Shown here: positions 42,187 through 52,523 of the stretch, one piece after another
How the letters are laid out: the number at the start of each line of letters is the position of its first letter
Position numbering within the stretch: the first letter of the stretch is position 1
From: an uncultured Thermoleophilia bacterium
GTDB lineage: Bacteria > Actinomycetota > Thermoleophilia > UBA2241
NCBI GenBank assembly: GCA_963715985.1
Contig: CAVQSP010000012.1
Span: forward strand, 837-64,836
Direction of reading: 5' to 3'
DNA: 64,000 nt
Made by a program: the position numbers and the translations under genes
Notes under the pieces: generated by a model
Database searches by the model: none
Told to the model about the DNA's origin: nothing
What the model saw: the letters and a program-made list of their open reading frames with translations, nothing else

Positions 42187-43711
42187 GTGACCATCATCCT
42201 GGACGGCGCGTCGCTGACCGTCGAGAAGCTCGTGCGCATCGCTCGTGACGGCGAGACGGTCGAGCTCGACCCCGCCGCGCTCGAGCGCATCAAGGTGTGC
42301 CGCGCCATGCTCGAAGAGAAGATCGTGGCCCGCGAGATCATGTACGGCACCAACACCGGCATCGGCGAGTTCTCGGAGATCGTGCTCGACGACGACCAGG
42401 TGCAGCAGTTCCAGCGCTTCCTCGTGTACAACCACGCCGCCGGCATCGGCGAGCCGGCGCCGATCGAGGTCGTGCGCGCCGCCATGGCGGCGCGCGTCAA
42501 CGTCCACGCGCACGGCAACTCGGGCAACCGCCCGCGAGATCACGCAGACGCTGGTCGAGCTGCTCAACAAGGGCGTCACGCCGGTCATGAGCTCCAAGGG
42601 CTCGGTGGGCGCCTGCGGCGACCTCGCCCCCATGGCCCAGATGGCGCTGGTCATGATGGGCGAGGGCGACTCGTTCTACCAGGGCGAGCGCATGCCCAGC
42701 CGCGAGGCGCTCGAGCGCGCCGGCATCCCGGTCCCCGGGCTGGAGGCGCGCGACGGCCTGGCCACGATCAACGGCTCGAACGTCCTCACGGGCATGAGCG
42801 CGCTGCTCTGCTGGGACGCCGACCGCTGGCTGCGCCAGGCCGAGATCGCCGCGGCGATGAGCCTCGAGGCGCTGCTCGCCAACCTCAAGCCGTACAACAG
42901 CAAGCTGCACGAGCTGCGCGGCTTCTCCGGCGCCGTGCGCAGCGCGGCAGCCATCCGCGCCTGCATCCAGGACAGCGACCTCGCCACCGGCAAGATCAAG
43001 ACCAAGGTGCAGGACGCCTACTCGATGCGCTCGACGCCGCAGGTCGTCGGGGCCGCTCACGACGCGCTCAAGTGGGCGAAGAGCCAGGTGGAGATCGAGC
43101 TCAACGGCGTCGGCGACAACCCGATCTGGGTACCCGAGGAGAAGCTGACGCTGACCGGCGCGAACTTCCAGGGCACGCCGGTCAGCCTCCCCATGGAGAT
43201 GGTCGGGCAGGCCATCACCATGGTCAGCGTGCTCAGCGAGCGCCGGCTCAACCGCATGGAGAACACCGCGACGAGCCAGGGTCTGCCGGACTTCCTGACG
43301 CCCAACCCCGGCTTCTACAGCGGCCTCATGCTCAGCCAGTACACCGCCGACATGCTCATCACCGAGCAGCGCATCCTGTCGGCGCCGGCCAGCACCATGA
43401 GCATCCCGGCGGCGGCCGACCAGGAGGACTTCGTCTCGATGGGCATGAACACCGCCCTCAAGAACCGCCAGATCCTCGAGAACGCCTACGGCGTGCTCGG
43501 CATCGAGCTCATGGCCGCGGCTCAGGCGCTCGACTTCCGCGACTTCACGCCCGGCAAGGGCGTGCGCGCCGCCAAGGCCGTCATCCGCAGGCACGTCGAC
43601 CACCTCGACGTGGACAGGCCGCTCTTCCCGGATCACAACGCCATGGCCGCGCTTGTGGCGTCGTGCGAGATCCTGGACGCCGTGGAGGCGGCCGTCGGCC
43701 CGCTGGGCTGA
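42187..43711 (+). pseudogene. Histidine/aromatic-amino-acid ammonia-lyase family protein (second copy) with Ala-Cys-Gly at the MIO position, 1 frame change
   Basis: GTG 42187 follows GGAAGGAG. The N-terminal part is in the 42133 frame (VTIILDGASLTVEKLVRIARDGE..YGTNTGIGEFSE..FLVYNHAAGIG..HGNSG). The rest is in ORF 42245..43711 (..EITQTLVELLNKGVTPVMSSKGSVGACGDLAPMAQMAL..INGSN..DAYSMRSTPQVVGA..NGVGDNP..ADQEDFVSMG). The shift is near 42530. Confidence 0.82.
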
Positions 43712-43788
43712 GAGCGGCGCACACTCGCGCAGGCCGACGGCGGGCCCCCCTGGGGCGGCCCGCCGTCCCGCGTCGACCGGGAGGCACG

Positions 43789-45449
43789 ATGGACGAGAAG
43801 ACGGTCCACGCCCAGCTCGCCGAAGTGGGTCTGCGCGTGGGCACGGTGCATCGCAACCTCCCATCGCCAGAGCTCACGGCGCGCTCCCTGGCGCGCAAGG
43901 AGGGCATCCTCGCCGCCAACGGCGCCCTGGTGGTGACCACCGGCGAGCGCACGGGGCGCTCGCCGCAGGACCGCTACATCGTGGCCGATGAGGGCGCCGC
44001 CGGCGTAGCCTGGGGCGGCGCCAACCAGCCCTGCTCGACGGAGGTGTTCGACCACCACCTGCGGCTGGCGAGCGCGTTTCTGCGCGGCCGCGATGCCTAC
44101 GTGTTCGACGGCTTCGTGGGCGCCGAGCCCGCGTACCGCCTGCCGGTGCGAGTGGTGGCCGAGGCGACGTGGCACGCGCTGTTCGCGCACACGCTGCTGG
44201 TACGCCCGGAGCCCGTCGACCTCGAGGGCTTCGAGCCGGGCTTCACGGTCATCGCCTGCGGCGCTCTCCGGGCGGACGACGCGGCGGCCGCGGGCGCGTC
44301 CCTGGGCTTCGCGACGAGCGCGGGCGCGCCCCTGGCTCCGCGGCGGGCGCCGGACCCGGCGCCTCCGGCACGTTCGTCGGCATCTCGTTCAGCCGCCGCC
44401 TCGTGCTCATCCTCGGCACCGAGTACGCCGGCGAGATCAAGAAGGCGCTCTTCTCCGTCATGAACCACCTGCTGCCGCCGCGAGACGTGCTGCCCATGCA
44501 CTGTTCGGCCACGGCCGGCAAGAACGGCGACGTGGCCTTGTTCTTCGGTCTCTCCGGCACCGGCAAGACCACGCTCTCGGCCGATCCCACGCGGCGCCTC
44601 ATCGGCGACGACGAGCACGGCTGGAGCGACCACGGCGTGTTCAACTTCGAAGGCGGCTGCTACGCCAAGGTCATCAGGCTGTCGGCGCGCGCCGAACCGC
44701 AGATCTTCCAGGCCATCCGCTTCGGCTCCGTGCTCGAGAACGTGGTGGTCGACCCGCAGACGCGAGCCATCCATTGGGACGACGACTCCATCACCGAGAA
44801 CACGCGCGCCACCTACCCCGTTGATCACATCCCGGGCGCCGTCGTCACGGGCGAGGGCGGCACGCCCCGCAACGTCTTCTTCCTGGCAGCAGACGCCTAC
44901 GGCGTGCTGCCGCCCATCGCCCGGCTCACCCCGGAGATGGCGAGCTACCACTTCCTCTCCGGGTTCACCGCCAAGGTGGCCGGCACCGAGGCGGGCGTCG
45001 ACGAGCCGGCGCCCACCTTCTCCGCCTGCTTCGGAGCGCCCTTCATGCCGCGCGACCCGGTGACGTACGCCACCATGCTCGCGGAGCGGCTGGCGCACGC
45101 GCCCACGCACTGCTGGCTGGTGAACACGGGCTGGTCGGGCGGGCCGTACGGCGTGGGCAAGCGCATGCGCATCTCGCTCACGCGCAACCTGCTCAAGGCG
45201 GCGCTCAGCGGCTCGCTCGAACACACGCGCATGACGCCGCACCCGGTGTTCGGATTCCTGGTGCCGGAGCACTGCCCGCACGTGGCGCCACGCTTTCTGG
45301 ACCCGCGCTCGACGTGGACCGACGGCGAAGCCTACGACCGGCAGGCGGCGGCGCTGGCGCAGCACTTCGCCGCCAATTTCGCGCAGTTCGAGGGGCGCGT
45401 GCCGCCCGCGGTCGCGGCCGCCGGCCCGCGTCTGGACACAGGAGGATGA
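43789..45449 (+). pseudogene. pckA: Phosphoenolpyruvate carboxykinase (ATP), 1-2 frame changes
   Basis: The N-terminal part (..GALVVTTGERTGRSPQDRYIV..) is in the 42133 frame. The rest is in ORF 44169..45449 with [20 protein letters not shown], the kinase-1a motif [13 protein letters not shown] and IGDDEHGW. The shift lies between about 44270 and 44370. Confidence 0.85.
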
Positions 45450-46498
45450 CCATGCCCCGCCGCCCGCCGTCCCCGCTGCCCCAGGTGGCCGCGCTCACAG
45501 CGTACGTCCCCGGCCGCCCGTCGCCGAGCGAGGCCGGCAGCCTGGCCTCCAACGAGTCGCCCTTCGGCGCGTCTCCGGCCGTGCAGGCCGCCCTCGCCGG
45601 AGCCGCGGCCCGCATCCACCGCTACCCCGACCCGCTGGCCGCGGAGCTGTGCGCGGAGCTTGCCCGCCTGCACGGCGTGGGGCCCGACAACGTCCTCGTC
45701 GCCAACGGCTCGGACGAGGTCATCTACCTGCTCGTGATGGCCTACGCCGCCGGCGGGCGCGCCGTGTGCGCCGACCCGCCGTACCGCCTGGACGACATCG
45801 TGCCGCAGATCATGGGCGGCTACGGTCGTCAAGGTGCCGCTCAAGGACTGGGCGCACGACCTGGAGGCGATGGCCGCCGTGGAGGCCGACATCGCCTTCG
45901 TCGTCAATCCCCACAACCCCACGGGAACGACCGTCTCCCCGGAGGCGCTGCGGCGACTTCGCCGAGCGCAGCCCGGCCCGGCTCGTCGTCGTCGACGAGG
46001 CGTACATCGACTTCGCCGACGACCCGGCGGCCGCCAGCATGGTCCGCGAGACCGGCGGCAACATGGTGGTGATGCGCACCTTCTCCAAGGCCTACGGCCT
46101 TGCAGGTGCGCGCGTCGGCTACCTGGTCGGCGCGGCAGAGGTCATCGACGCGCTGCGCAAGATCCGCCCTCCCTTCTCCGTGAGCTCGCCCACGCAGGCG
46201 GCGGCACTGGCGGCGCTCGCCGACACGGAGCACCTCGCGTTCGTGCGCGAGCAGACGCGCCTCGGGCGCGAGCGCCTGCGCGAGCGTCTTCACGGCCGCC
46301 GGCTACGAGGTGGTGCCGTCGCAGGCGAACTTCGTGCTCGTCGTGGCGCCGGACGCCGAGGAACTGGCGGCGCGCCTCGAGCGCGGCGGGGTGAGCGTCC
46401 GCCTGGGCGCCAACCTCGACCTGCCGGGCACGGTGCGCGTCACGGTGGCGTCCGACGAGGGTTTCGCGCTGCTCGAAGGCGGCGCTGCGCGAGAGTAG
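45446..46498 (+). pseudogene. Histidinol-phosphate/aromatic aminotransferase family (class II PLP), about 4 frame changes
   Basis: Pieces: ..LASNESPFGASPAV..YPDPLAAELCAELARLHGV..VLVANGSDEVIYL (45314 frame); DIAFVVNPHNPTGT (45834 frame); LVVVDEAYIDFAD..VVMRTFSKAYGLAGARVGY (45649 frame); and VPSQANFVLV..GVSVR..VRVTVAS (46310 frame). The ATG overlaps the pckA stop. Confidence 0.78.
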
Positions 46499-46506
46499 GG
46501 GTGCGG

Positions 46507-46583
<77 letters not shown>

Positions 46584-46712
46584 GCGAAAGGACGCTGAAG
46601 GCCGGCACAGAGTGGGCCGGCCGCGGTACAGCGGAACGGGAGTCTAGCACACGCCGGACGGCGCGGCAAAACGGCCGTGCCGGTGCGCCGGCGGTCGCGG
46701 CCGGCGGCGCGC

Positions 46713-47945
46713 TCAGGTGCGCCCGGCGCGGCCCTGCGTGACCAGATACTCGGCGACGGCCCGTCCGAACCACGGCCTGTCCGGCAGGCCGTGGTAGCCG
46801 GGCCGGTCGCCGACGGCGATGGCGTCCTGGTAGGCCGTGAGGATCTCGTCCGTCACACAGCCCCAGGAGAGCCGCTGGGCGGCGGCGAGGCCATTGGCCG
46901 CGAGACGCGCTCGCAGCAGAGCGTCGTCCAGCACCTGCTCGAGAGCCGCGGCGAGGACGCCGGGCTGGTCCGGGGGCACGAGCACTCCGGCGTCCCCGTC
47001 TTGCAGCACGGCGCGGTAGCCCGGCAGGTCGGAGGCCACCACCGGCACGCCGGCGGCCATGGCTTCCGCCAGCACGATGCCGAAGCTCTCGGCGGTCAGC
47101 GACGGCGCGCACACCACCTCGGCCTGGCCCAGCTGCCTCACCTTCTCGTCGTCGTCGACCCAGCCGAGCGGATCGACGCCGGTGAGGTCCACCGGCGTGC
47201 CCAGACCGGCGCGAAGGGTGTCGAGCACCTGTCGCCGCGAGGCGCCGGCGATGACCAGACTGGCGTCGGGCCGGCGGCGGCGCAGCTGCGCGAACGCCGC
47301 CAGCAGCACCCCGAGCCCCTTGCGCCGCTCGGCCCGCCCGATGAAGAACACCCGGCCCCTGACTTTGGCCGCGCCCACGGCCGGCGCGTACTTCTCCACG
47401 GCCACACCGTTGGGGATGATGCGCCAGCCTTCGGGGAACATGCGCGCCGGGTATTCGCGGGCCGCCTGCGAGACGGCGATGCGCACGTCGATGCGCCGCA
47501 TCATCGACCTCACCACGGGCTCCAACGTCGTGTACGCGGCCGACGCCTCGAGGGCCGCGTGGAAGGTGCCCACCACCGGACACGTGGACAGGAGCACCGC
47601 CCCTGCGGCCACAGATGGCGTGAACGGCTCGTGCACGTGCAGCACGTCGAAGCGCGTCGCGCGCAGGGCGCGGTCCATGCGCAAGACCGCCCTGGGGTTG
47701 AGGCTGATGTAGGCGCGGGAGCTGTTGCTGGGGATGGGGACTGCGGCGCCCATGGGGATGAAGCGTTCGGCCGCACGCTGGCGACGGCTGTCAACGGCGC
47801 GGCGCCGGGGCGTCAGGGCGCCGACCGGCGCCAGGATCCAGGGCTCATGGCCGCGCGCCTCCAGCTCCTCGGCGAGGTGCTCGATGTGCTGGTTGACGCC
47901 TCCCGGGACCGTCCAGGAGTACGGGGATACGAGACCGACGCGCAC
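46713..47945 (-). CDS. GT4 glycosyltransferase, phosphatidylinositol mannosyltransferase PimA-like
   Basis: GTG 47945. VRVGLVSPYSWTVPGGVNQHIEHLAEEL..FDVLHVHEP..GRAERRKGLGVLL..ESFGIVLAEAMAAGVPVVASDL is collinear with actinobacterial PimA as I remember it. The remaining upstream part of ORF 46713..48563 is a shadow of plsY. Confidence 0.8.
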   Translation of the reverse strand: MRVGLVSPYSWTVPGGVNQHIEHLAEELEARGHEPWILAPVGALTPRRRAVDSRRQRAAERFIPMGAAVPIPSNSSRAYISLNPRAVLRMDRALRATRFDVLHVHEPFTPSVAAGAVLLSTCPVVGTFHAALEASAAYTTLEPVVRSMMRRIDVRIAVSQAAREYPARMFPEGWRIIPNGVAVEKYAPAVGAAKVRGRVFFIGRAERRKGLGVLLAAFAQLRRRRPDASLVIAGASRRQVLDTLRAGLGTPVDLTGVDPLGWVDDDEKVRQLGQAEVVCAPSLTAESFGIVLAEAMAAGVPVVASDLPGYRAVLQDGDAGVLVPPDQPGVLAAALEQVLDDALLRARLAANGLAAAQRLSWGCVTDEILTAYQDAIAVGDRPGYHGLPDRPWFGRAVAEYLVTQGRAGRT

Positions 47946-47956
47946 GCGCGCCCCTC

Positions 47957-48583
47957 TCACTCGTCCCGATCGAGCCAGAAGCGCTTCCACCAGCCGGACG
48001 GCGAGGACGGGAGCGCCGCGCCCGCCGTGCCCTTGAGCCGCGCGCCGAAGAGGATGGTGATCAGCGCCAGCGGCGCCAGAGCGCGGGCCGGGCGGCGCCG
48101 GTGCAGCGCCAGGCTGATGACCGGCAGCGAGAGCGCCGTCACCGTGACCGCTTCGGCGTGGTGGTGCAGCAGGCTGCCGCCCACGAGAGGCACGCAGCCG
48201 ATGGCCATCATGGGCGTGTCCATGGCGAAGGCGGCGCCCAGCGCGCTGGCGGCGCCGCGCCCCTTGACCACGGTGATATGCCCGACCATGGCGCTCAGAC
48301 CGATGGCCGCCACGGCGCCTTCGCCGGCGCCGGCCAGGCGCGCGGCGGTGGCCGGCACGTAGGCCTTGGCCGCGTCCAGCGCCAGCACGCCGGCGCCGGC
48401 CTTGGCGCCCACGCTGCGGGCCACGTTGGAGGAGCCGGGCTTGCCGTCGCCGATGTCGTCCAGCGACTTGCCGGTGAGGGCCCGGGTCATGAGACGGCCG
48501 CTGGGGATGCATCCGGAGGCGAAGGCGCCGCCCATCCACACCAGGGTGCGGGCGGCGCCCCAAGGCTTGCGATCACGTGGCAC
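47957..48583 (-). CDS. Glycerol-3-phosphate acyltransferase PlsY-like membrane protein
   Basis: Intact 208-aa ORF: GCIPSGRLMTRAL..GDGKPGSSNVARSVGAKAGAGVLALDAAKA..VVKGRGAASALG, matching the conserved PlsY blocks. It is hydrophobic. Confidence 0.7.
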   Translation of the reverse strand: MPRDRKPWGAARTLVWMGGAFASGCIPSGRLMTRALTGKSLDDIGDGKPGSSNVARSVGAKAGAGVLALDAAKAYVPATAARLAGAGEGAVAAIGLSAMVGHITVVKGRGAASALGAAFAMDTPMMAIGCVPLVGGSLLHHHAEAVTVTALSLPVISLALHRRRPARALAPLALITILFGARLKGTAGAALPSSPSGWWKRFWLDRDE

Positions 48584-48782
48584 GACGGGCTCCTCTCATG
48601 CCGAGCGAAACGGCCCCGACGGCCGGCGGGATGACCCAGGTGAAGAGCCGCCAGAGCACGAGGCTGGGGACGTGGGTGTCGTGGCCGGCGTCCGTGCGGT
48701 AGTCCGCGCCGGCCTCTCGCTTCGTGTCGAACCCGTATGGCTGCGGGTCGCCGGCGGCGACCGCGTCGGCCCTCTCGCTCAT
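48573..48782 (-). CDS. Small hypothetical protein (69 aa) with a C-terminal hydrophobic segment
   Basis: The start overlaps the upstream GT4 stop (ATGA) and the end overlaps the plsY-like start, so it looks translationally coupled. No family was recognised. Confidence 0.3.
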   Translation of the reverse strand: MSERADAVAAGDPQPYGFDTKREAGADYRTDAGHDTHVPSLVLWRLFTWVIPPAVGAVSLGMRGARRAT

Positions 48783-49945
48783 CTCTCCGCAGCCCGTCTG
48801 AGCAGCTCCCGGTACCTCTCTCCCACCACGGCCGGCGTGTGGCGCGACAGCGCCAGCTCGCGCCCGCTGGAGCCGATCTCGCGGCGGCGCTCAGGCGGCA
48901 GGCGCAGCAGCGACGCCAGCGCCGCCGCCACCTGGTGGACGGAAGTCCCGTCCACCACGGTGCCCGTCCGGCCCTCGAGGACGGCCTCCGGGGCGCCGCC
49001 GGAGCGACCGGCGATCACCGGCAGGCCCATGAGCGCCGCCTCTGCGAAGACGATGCCGAAGCCCTCCACTTCGAACCCGCCCCAGCGGGTACGGCAGGGG
49101 GAGGCGAACAGGTCGGCGGCGCGGAGCCAATCCTTGACGGCGGAGTCCACGAGAGCGCCGGTGAGGTGCACGCGGTCGCCCACCCCGCAGCGCTGGGCGC
49201 GGTCGTACAGGCGCGTGGCCAGGCGCCCCTCGCCGATGACGGCCAGGTGCAGGCGCGGGAACTCGTGGCGAAGCAGCGCGAGCGCGTCGATGAGCTTGTC
49301 CTGGCCCTTGCGCGGCACCAGGCGCCCGAGGCACACCACGAGCTCGCCGTCCACGCCGAGACGCCGCCGCAGCTCGAGCGCCTCGTCGCCGCTCGCGGGG
49401 ACGAACTCGTCCACGTTGAGCGGCGGCCGCAGGACCTCCGCCGGCACGGCGCCACGCACCTGTCGGGAGGCGGCGCGTGCGGTGTACTCGCTCACCGTGA
49501 GCAGCATGGCGGCGTTGCCGAGCACGTGGCGCAACAGCTTGTTGAGGCCGGGCACGGCGCCGGGCAGCGTGACCTCGGCGCCGCCCAGGAAGACGATGTA
49601 GGGGAGCCCGAAGCGCTCCTTGAGCTGCGGCCCCAGCAGGCCCGCGGGCAGCGGGTGGCCGAGCTGGATGAGCTCGGCTCCCACCTTGGCCGCCAGCTCG
49701 GCCGTGTGCTCGAACATCGAGCGTGTGGGCCACAGCACCGCCGTGGATGCACGCACCACCTTGTAGGGATGCGTGGCGTCGAAGGCGGCGGCCTCGACAT
49801 GGGCAGGCGCGAGGATGGTGACCTCGGAGGGATCGAGCGTCCTGATGACGCCCCAGTAGTACGACTGGGCGCCACCGATGCGCGGCGGGAAGTCGTTGGT
49901 GACGAAGAGCGTGCGCGGCGCTCGCCCGGCTGATGCGCTCCCTGT
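48779..49945 (-). CDS. GT4 glycosyltransferase (PimB-like); start codon uncertain
   Basis: ORF 48779..49759 extends in the same frame upstream as ..RTLFVTNDFPPRIGGAQSYYWGVIRTLDPSEVTILAP.., the typical GT4 N-terminus, without an ATG/GTG. A possible CTG lies about 49945, 4 nt after GGGAGGA. The C-terminal motif is EGFGIVFAEAALMGLPVIAGRSGGAPE. Confidence 0.75.
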   Translation of the reverse strand, partial: TGSASAGRAPRTLFVTNDFPPRIGGAQSYYWGVIRTLDPSEVTILAPAHVEAAAFDATHPYKVVRASTAVLWPTRSMFEHTAELAAKVGAELIQLGHPLPAGLLGPQLKERFGLPYIVFLGGAEVTLPGAVPGLNKLLRHVLGNAAMLLTVSEYTARAASRQVRGAVPAEVLRPPLNVDEFVPASGDEALELRRRLGVDGELVVCLGRLVPRKGQDKLIDALALLRHEFPRLHLAVIGEGRLATRLYDRAQRCGVGDRVHLTGALVDSAVKDWLRAADLFASPCRTRWGGFEVEGFGIVFAEAALMGLPVIAGRSGGAPEAVLEGRTGTVVDGTSVHQVAAALASLLRLPPERRREIGSSGRELALSRHTPAVVGERYRELLRRAAER

Positions 49946-50104
49946 CAGCTGGTCCTCCCGATCTCGTCCGGCGGGGCCCCGCCGCAGCGAGGGTTCACCA
50001 CTCTACCACGCCCGCGCACGAGGGCGGCCGCGGCCGCCCTCGTGCGCCCAGGGCGACGTGGGTGCCTTTCCGGGAGCAGCGTCCGACCAGCCAGAGGAGG
50101 ATAG

Positions 50105-50272
50105 ATGCCCAAGTCGCCGCAGGAGTTGATGGCGGCAATCATGCGCAACCTCGTGGCCGCCACAGCAAGGTCCGAGGATCACGCTCAAGGCGAAGCTTCG
50201 TGGGCCGGACGAGTGGACGACGAGCTCCGTGGCTGGCTGCGCTCCGCTTGCGAGGAGGCCGCCGGCGTCTGA
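50105..50272 (+). CDS. Small hypothetical ORF (55 aa), below the ORF-track length cut-off
   Basis: The ATG lies 5 nt after GAGGAGGA: MPKSPQELMAAIMRNLVAATARSEDH...ELRGWLRSACEEAAGV*. No family was confidently recognised. Confidence 0.3.
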   Translation: MPKSPQELMAAIMRNLVAATARSEDHAQGEASWAGRVDDELRGWLRSACEEAAGV

Positions 50273-50290
50273 CCCGGGTATGACCGCCAG

Positions 50291-51058
50291 CTAGTCCATG
50301 TCGAGGACGCGATCGAGCGCCTCGAGCAGGTCGGCCACCTCGATCGGCTTGGTGAGGAAGGCGGCGGCCCCCGCGTCGAGGCCGGCGGTCTGGTACGCCT
50401 GCGGGTCGCGACCGCTGAGCAGCACGACAGGCATGCCCGCGAGTTGCGGCATGGCGTGCATGCGCTGCATGACGGTGAGCCCGTCGCCGCCGGGCAGGCC
50501 GATGTCCAGCACCGCCACGTCCGGACGCACGCGCACGGCCGTGGACATGGCGGCGATAGCGTCCGCCGCCGTCGCCACCTCAAGGCCGTAGCGCCGCAGG
50601 GCCGACGACAAGGCGAACAGGAGGTCGCTGTCGTCGTCGACGAGGAGCACCACGCGGCCCGCGAGGTGCTCGTAGGAGGGCGCCGCCCCGCCTTCGTCGC
50701 CGGTCGCCGAGCTCAGCACATCCTCGAGCGCCGCGAGGAGGTCCTCCGGGGTGGCGGGCTTGGTCAGATAGGCGGCGGCGCCGGCGCCCAGCGCCCCCTG
50801 CCTGTACCGCTCCGGGTCGCGGCCCGACAGCACGATGACGGGGATCCCCGCCAGGCTGGGCAGCGCGTGCAGGCGCTGCATCACGGTGGTGCCGTCGCCG
50901 CCCGGCAGGCCGATGTCCATGATCACCGCCTGGGGCCGCTCGCGCATGGCCACGGACACGGCCGACACGGCGTCGGAAGCGACCAGGACCTCGTAGCCGG
51001 CACGGCGCAGCACGGCGGACTGCACGATCACGAAGTCCTGATCGTCGTCCACGAGCAT
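50291..51058 (-). CDS. Response regulator consisting only of two tandem receiver (REC) domains
   Basis: The 255-aa part of ORF 50291..51487 from MLVDDDQDF. There are two repeats of the pattern DDD..(phospho-acceptor) DIGLPGGDG..SGR..YLTKP / FLTKP. No output domain is present. Confidence 0.85.
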   Translation of the reverse strand: MLVDDDQDFVIVQSAVLRRAGYEVLVASDAVSAVSVAMRERPQAVIMDIGLPGGDGTTVMQRLHALPSLAGIPVIVLSGRDPERYRQGALGAGAAAYLTKPATPEDLLAALEDVLSSATGDEGGAAPSYEHLAGRVVLLVDDDSDLLFALSSALRRYGLEVATAADAIAAMSTAVRVRPDVAVLDIGLPGGDGLTVMQRMHAMPQLAGMPVVLLSGRDPQAYQTAGLDAGAAAFLTKPIEVADLLEALDRVLDMD

Positions 51059-51135
51059 GACCCGTGTCTTCGAGATGGGTGACCTCCCGGCGGTAGAGGG
51101 CCGTGCTACGGCTTCGGCGCGCGAGGCCGTTTCCC

Positions 51136-51867
51136 TTATCCGGGCGCCGCGGGGAGCGTCACGGTGACCGTCGTACCGTCGCCCGTCGCACTGTCCAATT
51201 CGATGATCCCGCCGTTGAGCTCGGCGAGCCGCCGGCAGGTCCACAGGCCCGCGCCGAGCCCGGGGACGCCGGCCTCCCGGGCAGCCTCGCCGCGGAAGCC
51301 GAAGTCGAAGGCCTGCCGGACGTCCTCGGCGCACAGGCCGGGTCCCTCGTCGCGGACGGCGAGGATCGCGACCGCACCATCCGCGCCGCCGCGCACCTCC
51401 ACGGTCACGGCGCGCCCCGGCGCGTACCGCACGGCGTTGTCCACCAGGTCGCGGACGATGCACCGCACGTGCTCGCGGTCTGCCCACGCCAGCGCGTCCG
51501 GCCCGTCCGCCACGACCCGCAGGTCCTGGGCGCCGTCTCCGGCCTTGAGGCGGGACACCACCTCATCGGCCACCTCCCGCAGCGAGACCACGGCCGGCTC
51601 GAGAGGGGCCGCCGCGCAGTCGAGCCAGCCGCTCTCGGCGCAGGAGACCACGAGCGCGTGCAGCCGTCCGACGTTGCGCTCCATCATCTCGAGGTACTCA
51701 CGCTGGGTGGCCGTGAGCGGTCCCGCCGTCTCGTCGCGCAGCAACGAGAGCAGGGGGTACATCACGGCCAGCGGTGCACGCAGCTCGTGGCGCACGTGCG
51801 ACTGGCGTTCGCGGGCCGCCTCGCGCTCGCCGGGCTCAGGCCCGCTCGCCGGCCGGGGCTCGCTCAC
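51136..51867 (-). CDS. Sensor-less (soluble, minimal) histidine kinase
   Basis: Intact 243-aa ORF with H-box SHVRHELRAPL, N-box DLVDNAVRY, G1 RDEGPGL and G2 GLGAGL. There is no transmembrane or sensory domain ahead of the H-box. Confidence 0.85.
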   Translation of the reverse strand: MSEPRPASGPEPGEREAARERQSHVRHELRAPLAVMYPLLSLLRDETAGPLTATQREYLEMMERNVGRLHALVVSCAESGWLDCAAAPLEPAVVSLREVADEVVSRLKAGDGAQDLRVVADGPDALAWADREHVRCIVRDLVDNAVRYAPGRAVTVEVRGGADGAVAILAVRDEGPGLCAEDVRQAFDFGFRGEAAREAGVPGLGAGLWTCRRLAELNGGIIELDSATGDGTTVTVTLPAAPG

Positions 51868-51903
51868 CTCAGGGTCCCTGCCTCACGCTCTCACCGGGGA
51901 GCG

Positions 51904-52332
51904 TCATTGCGCGGAGAAGATCAGCGACTCGTTGCCGTTCGCGTCGCTCAACGTCAGCGTGTCGCCGTCCACGGCTGCCGACCTGGCCTCGGCGAGCAGC
52001 TTGAAGTACGTGGACTCCGCCTGCATGTCCGGCTCCGGACCTGCCATCTTGGTGCTCGCGACGGCCCCCACGGAGAAGGCGTCGTCCGGGCCTACGCTGT
52101 ACGGCCCGCTGTAGGAATTGACCGCGGCCTTGCCGCTGATCTGCCCGTCCTTGAACTCAGCGGTGATGGTGAAGTCGTTGGGATCCTGCGCGCTCACGGA
52201 CCAGCCCGTGAGCTTCCACGAGGTGCCGTCCAGCTCCGGAGTGCCGCCACCGCTGGATCCGCAGGCGACCACCAGGGACGCGAGCGCCCCGAGCACCACC
52301 GCCACCGCCGCGACACGCACGAACAGCCTCAT
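51904..52332 (-). CDS. META-domain (HslJ-like) lipoprotein
   Basis: [27 protein letters not shown] gives a signal peptide and lipobox. The META-like region follows: [34 protein letters not shown]. Confidence 0.75.
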   Translation of the reverse strand: MRLFVRVAAVAVVLGALASLVVACGSSGGGTPELDGTSWKLTGWSVSAQDPNDFTITAEFKDGQISGKAAVNSYSGPYSVGPDDAFSVGAVASTKMAGPEPDMQAESTYFKLLAEARSAAVDGDTLTLSDANGNESLIFSAQ

Positions 52333-52462
52333 CACAGCCCCTTTCGCAGTCAGCCCCAGACCCGGTGAGCGTACCACAGGGCGACACGAGCCCAGCCTCC
52401 CGCGCGACCATGCGCGGAGGTGCGACGTCCGGACTGCGCCGAAGGAGGTCCACAACGAAGAA

Positions 52463-52496
52463 AGGACCGTGCGGCTCGACTGAGCCGCACGGTCCT
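52463..52496 (-). terminator. Intrinsic terminator downstream of the csp gene
   Basis: A perfect 15-bp stem AGGACCGTGCGGCTC-(4 nt)-GAGCCGCACGGTCCT is followed on the minus strand by TTTCTTCGTTGT. Confidence 0.8.
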
Positions 52497-52523
52497 CAAA
52501 GTACGCTACGGAAGGCGCGTGTC

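Noticed and set aside
42133-44463. A 776-aa ORF suggesting a HAL-PckA fusion
   Set aside because: Only its first ~130 aa (HAL N-terminus) and the segment from 43789 (PckA N-terminus) are meaningful. The middle is out of frame relative to ORF 42245..43711, which has its own stop at 43711.
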